Shown here: positions 63,158 to 64,000 of the stretch, one piece after another
Position numbering within the stretch: the stretch's first letter is position 1
How the letters are laid out: every line of letters starts with the position of its first letter
DNA from: an uncultured Rhodopirellula sp.
Lineage (GTDB): Bacteria; Planctomycetota; Planctomycetia; Pirellulales; Pirellulaceae
Length of the DNA stretch: 64,000 bases
Assembly: GCA_964007735.1 (NCBI GenBank)
Contig: CAXGAI010000011.1
Span: forward strand, 1 to 64,000
Direction of reading: 5' to 3'
Position numbers and translations under genes: made by a program
Notes under the pieces: model-generated
The model's database searches: none
What the model saw: only the letters and a program-made list of their open reading frames with translations
What the model was told of the DNA's origin: nothing

Positions 63158-64000
63158 TTATTCTTTCGTAATGAACTCGTCGGTATTCAACAACACACGT
63201 GCCACAGCCACCCATGAAGCGGTCTCAGCCAAGCCTGCCGCATCAGGCATTGGGGCTCCACCTAATATATCCCTAGCAGCCTGTTCATCCTGGATCATTC
63301 GTTCCAACTGACTCCGGTAGAAAGCGGTAACCGTTGCCATTTCCGATCGAGTCGGACGACGGGAGAGACATGTCAAGAATGCATGATAGACCCGCTTGCT
63401 AATATCTTCCTCCGCTTTACCAGTGGACGCGACTTCCAGAACAACACGACGTCCCAGATTCTGAGCACACTCAGTAAACACCACATCGTTCCACAGTGTT
63501 AATGCCTGTAATGGCGTGTTACTGCGGGGACGACGAGCGATACATACATTGGAGTCGGGAGCATCAAACGTCATTAACATCGGATAAGGACTGGTCCGCT
63601 GGAAGAAGGTGTAGAGACCTCGCCTATAGCGATTCTCCCCTTCACTCGTTTGCCACTTCGCGCTATTGGCATAGGTAAGTGCTGAATATTCAGCTGGCTG
63701 CGGTGGTCTAACACTTGGACCACCAATTTTTTCGGCCATGAGACCACTAGCATCCAATGCCAAGTCCCGAATAATCTCCGCTTCCACTCGTGATCGATAC
63801 TGACGCGCCAACAATTCATTGTCCGGGTCAATCTCAGCTATTTCAGGCCGGTGAGCCGATCGTTGTTGGTAGACAGCACTGTTGAGAATCAATCGATGGA
63901 GTTGCTTTAAACTCCAATTGTTTGCTCGAAATTCAGTTGCCAGCCAGTCGAGTAGCCCCGGATGGGTTGGTTCTGCCCCCTGAGTTCCAAAATCATCACT
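63158..64000 (-). CDS. DUF1553 (PSD1) domain protein, 5' end off window
   Basis: DDFGTQGAEPTHPGLLDWLA, AEIIRD, YRRGLY, FDAP, SNTPLQALTLWN; upstream of DUF1501. Confidence 0.9.
   Translation of the reverse strand, partial: SDDFGTQGAEPTHPGLLDWLATEFRANNWSLKQLHRLILNSAVYQQRSAHRPEIAEIDPDNELLARQYRSRVEAEIIRDLALDASGLMAEKIGGPSVRPPQPAEYSALTYANSAKWQTSEGENRYRRGLYTFFQRTSPYPMLMTFDAPDSNVCIARRPRSNTPLQALTLWNDVVFTECAQNLGRRVVLEVASTGKAEEDISKRVYHAFLTCLSRRPTRSEMATVTAFYRSQLERMIQDEQAARDILGGAPMPDAAGLAETASWVAVARVLLNTDEFITKE

Overview
Gene-dense chromosomal window, most likely from a planctomycete (Pirellulales-like). This is inferred from DUF1501/DUF1553 genes, an fae-mtd C1 pair, a PQQ-like propeller, a Tat-exported Gfo/Idh/MocA enzyme and a short GlmU. 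Most of it is core: ispE, rpsU, lpxD-lpxI, dxr-rseP, rbsK, tRNA-Ser(TGA), cmk-plsC, rph, argB-argD-argF, glmU-like/prs, rplY-pth-rpsF-ssb-rplI-dnaB, rimI and suhB-like. I saw no transposase, integrase, prophage gene or CRISPR array. The notable signals are mainly in the envelope. (1) A BamA/Omp85 appears split into two separately exported proteins inside POTRA5, with a lipoprotein-type signal on the barrel half and a shared RGQSP linker motif. (2) A ~10.6 kb pair of giant unknown genes appears to encode three related ~1,100-1,250 aa exported modules, each ending in a 3-TM anchor. (3) A PilM(-PilN) operon has partners with Gly/Met repeats that are nearly identical between genes. (4) A ~195 nt rod-like RNA candidate with 6S-like words lies upstream of rplY. 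(5) A hairpin-rich sRNA candidate with an orphan terminator lies near 60.7-60.9 kb. All family calls come from motif recognition by eye; no searches were run.
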